Part shown: positions 60,285 to 64,000 of the stretch, in pieces | Numbering within the stretch: position 1 is the first letter of the stretch | Layout of the letters: every line of letters begins with the position of its first letter | Notes under the pieces: model-generated | Seen by the model: only the letters and a program-made list of their open reading frames with translations | The model's database searches: none | What the model was told of the DNA's origin: nothing | Position numbers and translations under genes: made by a program | Assembly (NCBI GenBank): GCA_977020255.1 | Contig: CDROCS010000067.1 | Location: forward strand, 248,001-312,000 | Direction: 5' to 3' | Origin: Obrimoposthia wandeli | Taxonomy: Eukaryota | Length of the DNA: 64,000 nucleotides

Positions 60285-60843
60285 TTGATAATGATTTTAT
60301 TGAAAATGGATAATCAAAATAATCAAAATAATGAAAGTAGAGCTAGTACATACATAGGTTCCGGTAGTAATTTATTTTCTAATATGAATTATAATAGAAA
60401 TAATCAGAGAGAAAATATTAATCCATCAAGTCAAACAATAACAAGTCCTACGCGAGTAACCGAAGAACGTGAGTCCTTTAAGGATAGGACTAATACTAGA
60501 CGATAAACAAGAATGTTAACCAATTGAGACTAATCGACCAATTAGAATCGAGCATTAGAGGATAAACAATTGAATATTTCAATTTATAATTATCAATATG
60601 AATTTCGAAAAGCTATATCAACCTATGCATACATATTATGGATATGAGATGCACTTTTTGAAGAAAGCTCATAACTATAATTTTATTTTTCCTGTCAACA
60701 TCGAGCCGCTTAAATTTGATTTTGAAATATTAAATTTGACTTCTGTGGATAAAGAGAGAATCAATATTCTCTTGTCTCAATTCGGAATCAACTATGCGCT
60801 TCAGGAAAACAAAATCGTAAGCACTTTAAATTGCACACAATAA
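60285..60843 (+). pseudogene. Divergent accessory gene or genes of the Polinton, probably frameshifted
   Basis: Two short ORFs (73 and 81 aa) downstream of GTATAAA. Function not recognised. Confidence 0.3.
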
Positions 60844-60979
60844 ACACACAATTTCAATTTGCCAATATATAAAAGATTATTCAGCAAATTTTTTGAATCA
60901 CTTTTTTTTGAATCATTTTTTTTTAAAGTACAAAGGATTAATTAACTTATTTAATTTGAACACTTGACTTTGGTTAATT

Positions 60980-61655
60980 GGTTAAAATATGAAATGGCTG
61001 ACTACGTTTCTTTTCGTGATCGATGTTTGTGAACAAAAGCATTTGAGAAATGGATAAATTTGGAGTATCGAAAACCCTCATGACGTTTCAACGGCTCCTC
61101 TTCATTCTACTGTAATAACGTGATTTCATAACCGGTGTTTATTTTTCAAAGTTATTCTGGCCGGAGATCAATGTCTACAAAAGCAAAATTCTCAAATGTG
61201 GCCAAATAATCCAAATGTCAAAAAAGAACGTATTAAATTCCAGCACGATGGTGCGTCAGTTGATATTAAAAATAATGTTAAACGAATTTTACAAATGTAA
61301 CTCTTCAGAACACATTGTCAGCACACGTTTTATTGGAATTTACCACTCCGCTATATAGGTTTCAACCCAAGCGATAATTTTCTTTTGAAATATTTGAAAT
61401 TTAAACCCTCAGCCGAAAAAACATCAAAAAATTAAATGAGCATATTGAAAGAGAAAATATAATATAACAAGATAAATACTTAAATGTACTGTACATCATC
61501 TAGCCGACTTACTGCATGAATTACACAAACCATATATTGTAAGAAAAACTTGAAAATTTGTAATTTTTAATGTATATTTCAAACAAAATTTACTTTATCT
61601 TAATTACAAAAATAATGAATAAAATATTTCCAAAATTTTTGGTCCCCTTGTATAT
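60980..61655 (+). mobile_element. Degenerate mariner-type (DDxD) transposon remnant
   Basis: ENPH..PLHS, FQHDGA, a degraded P.SPDLNP-like motif, and a TIR-like GGTCCCCTTGTA at about 61640-61653. Confidence 0.6.
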
Positions 61656-64000
61656 TAATCAAAAATACGAATTTCATCAGAAGTAACCTCGAACGATTTT
61701 TAACGAAAAAATTTACAAGAGAAAAAAATATAACTACTGATGTACAATCAACTAATTTAGAAATAATATTTTATAATTAGCCGTCTTTCAGAGACTAAAG
61801 AGAATAAAAGAAGAATTAAGAAATAAGAAAAGTTAGAAGTTATATAGAAAATAATTTTAAAATGACAAAGATAATATTGGAATTTTTGTCGTCAATATTA
61901 AAAGTAAATTTAGAGCAAATATTTAAATTCTCAAATTTTATTTAAATTAAATATTAAAGATGATTTTGATCTTTTTTGATCATAATTAACCGTTCATTGA
62001 GCTCAACTGGCCATTATTAATTGTATCAATGGTGAAACCACGAATACATATTATTTCTACCTTTATTTGGCATTTTTCCATTTCACATTAATATATTTAT
62101 TAGTATTAAAGTTTAGAAATAAAAAGAAAAACAGAAAACTAATTCAATACTTACGATACAAAATAATTTGTGGATATTTTAACTTTTCTTAATTATTTGA
62201 TGAAACAAAAAGCATTCCCAGGAAATTGTTTTACCGTTACTTAGAGAAAGAGTATTGACTTCAAATATTATTTTAATATTTACAAAATAACTTTTTACTA
62301 TCTTTTAGAGTCTCCTATAATGTATTATACTTATACAGCGACCAGGTCAGGAGATCGCCCCTGAGCTGAGTACAGATAAGGCGCAAATCAAGGCAAGTCG
62401 TATGCCTGATTCGTACTGTTCTCATGAGGGGATGGCTCTGTACTCTTGTTCTAATATTTGAGAAAGTACACTTTACACAACTTTCATCTGAAAAATAAAC
62501 TTGTTCAATGTAGCTTTTAAATAGTATCATTGTATCTTTAAAATTGCTAGATTTTATATCTTAATTACATCATAATTAGTGTCGGGTTATCAGAAAAGAA
62601 AATTCCTTTATTTTGTACACTCCTTTTATACATCCAATTAACATTGTATTGAAATGTTAAAAACTATAATAGTGATTCTCTTCAAATAAAATTTAATATT
62701 ATATTACAAAAAAAATTTCATTGGTTTATTCTTCATTCTAAAAGTATTCAGCACAAATAATTTTAATTTATATTCTAATTTTAAAATTATCCGCAAATAT
62801 TTCGCTACTTTGATAATCGTTATTTTCAAAATTTTAATTAAATGAAGCCCACATAAAAACAATTCATTAATTTAATGTATTAAAACTTTGTCCGTAGAAA
62901 AGTATTTTGGATTATTTTAAATGTCAATAAAAAAATTAATTTTCGCCATTTTCTGATAAACGTTATAACACTTATTATTGTATTAAAATACAACATAATT
63001 TGCCTAAAATATTGTATTAATCGTGCCATATTAGTTGTTATGTTCTGTTATAATTAATAAATCTAATTGTAAAATTGAATTTTAAATGAATTTATATTGA
63101 AATAGATATTGCTTATTTTAGGATATCTGAGATATGGAATATTTCTCTTATATTTATTTAGTTAAATTTAAGATGAAATATGTCAATTGAGAATGTCTAG
63201 TTTAATTTTTATATCCAAATCAAATATTTAAGCTGTTTTAGAAGATTCAAATTAATATTTAAGTATTTTTTAAAAGTATTTTTATAACTTTATGTATATT
63301 TTTATTTACATATTATTTCCCTTTCCTTTATAATTGGAAAATGAATTTACTGATATGACCAAACTTATTAAAGAAAATTGTGATAAATTTTGTTTAAATA
63401 TATTTCATATTTACTTTGTCATAAATTTTAAATATTAGGTTTTGTAACCTAGTAAAATTAAATTGATAAAAGTTGAAGTATCTAAATCGAAAGATATGTT
63501 TACACAAAGTTTTAAATAGGGGGGGGGAGAAATCATTTAACTTGAAATATAAATCACTACTTCCAGATCCAAATCAATGTCAAAAACCACATAAAAAGAA
63601 AGATTAAATATGATTAATAAAATAATAAAAGTGTATTCAATCGAAACGTGGAAAAGATAATGTACATACACACGCACCTGTACGTAATGACCTATCACAG
63701 AGCACACGTAATTAATCAATTTAAACAAACGATACTAGCGTAAATATTGCACAAGAGTGTATTGATGTAGGTCCTAGCAAAATATTGGTGTTCTTTGAAA
63801 GTAACAATATTATATTAAATAGATCTATTTTGTGAAAAATGCCAGGCTGTCGATATTTAAGAATTTAAATCTATCCAAAGTGTTAGAAAATTACTTATAT
63901 CTGAAGATTGTTTACACATTCATAACATCAGATAACAATTGAAAAACTTTGACTATTTACAGTACATGTTCTTCTGTGGCAGAGCACTTTTTTATTTAGA

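Larger units (their letters stand above)
47362..60850 (-). mobile_element. Polinton/Maverick (adintovirus-like endogenous DNA virus), nearly complete; the other TIR was not found
   Basis: Full core gene set (pPolB, integrase, ATPase, protease, MCP, penton) plus an AGTAGG terminus at 47362. The right boundary is approximate. Confidence 0.95.

Noticed and set aside
1-64000. Host species assignment
   Set aside because: AT richness and 30-50 nt introns suggest a compact-intron eukaryote, but there is no marker gene in the window.

Overview
AT-rich eukaryotic DNA that appears to be entirely nested mobile elements and their debris. I found no host housekeeping gene, rRNA, tRNA or CRISPR array. The main feature is a nearly complete, recently decayed Polinton/Maverick (adintovirus-like endogenous virus) at about 47362-60850. 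Its core genes are on the minus strand: A32-like ATPase, integrase with chromodomain, penton, core protein, major capsid protein, adenain protease, a DEDD-like accessory protein and protein-primed PolB. It also carries a phosphatase-fold accessory gene. Its protease and PolB genes contain short GT-AG spliceosomal introns, whereas an older Polinton remnant at about 25190-28895 lacks introns at two of the same sites. The packaging/capsid/integrase block is chained by ATGA/TAATG stop-start overlaps. Seven AGTA(G/A)G-type termini are scattered through the window. Two of them flank a spliced acidic gene family plus DEDD-like and penton-derived ORFs, which suggests a possible small non-autonomous Polinton satellite. 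Other content: gypsy solo LTRs with internal minisatellites, Bel/Pao, Tc1/mariner, pogo, hAT, Chapaev-like and MULE remnants, and an RT-RNase H ORF with hepadnavirus-like/DIRS-like motifs. All family assignments come from motif recognition by eye; no database searches were run.
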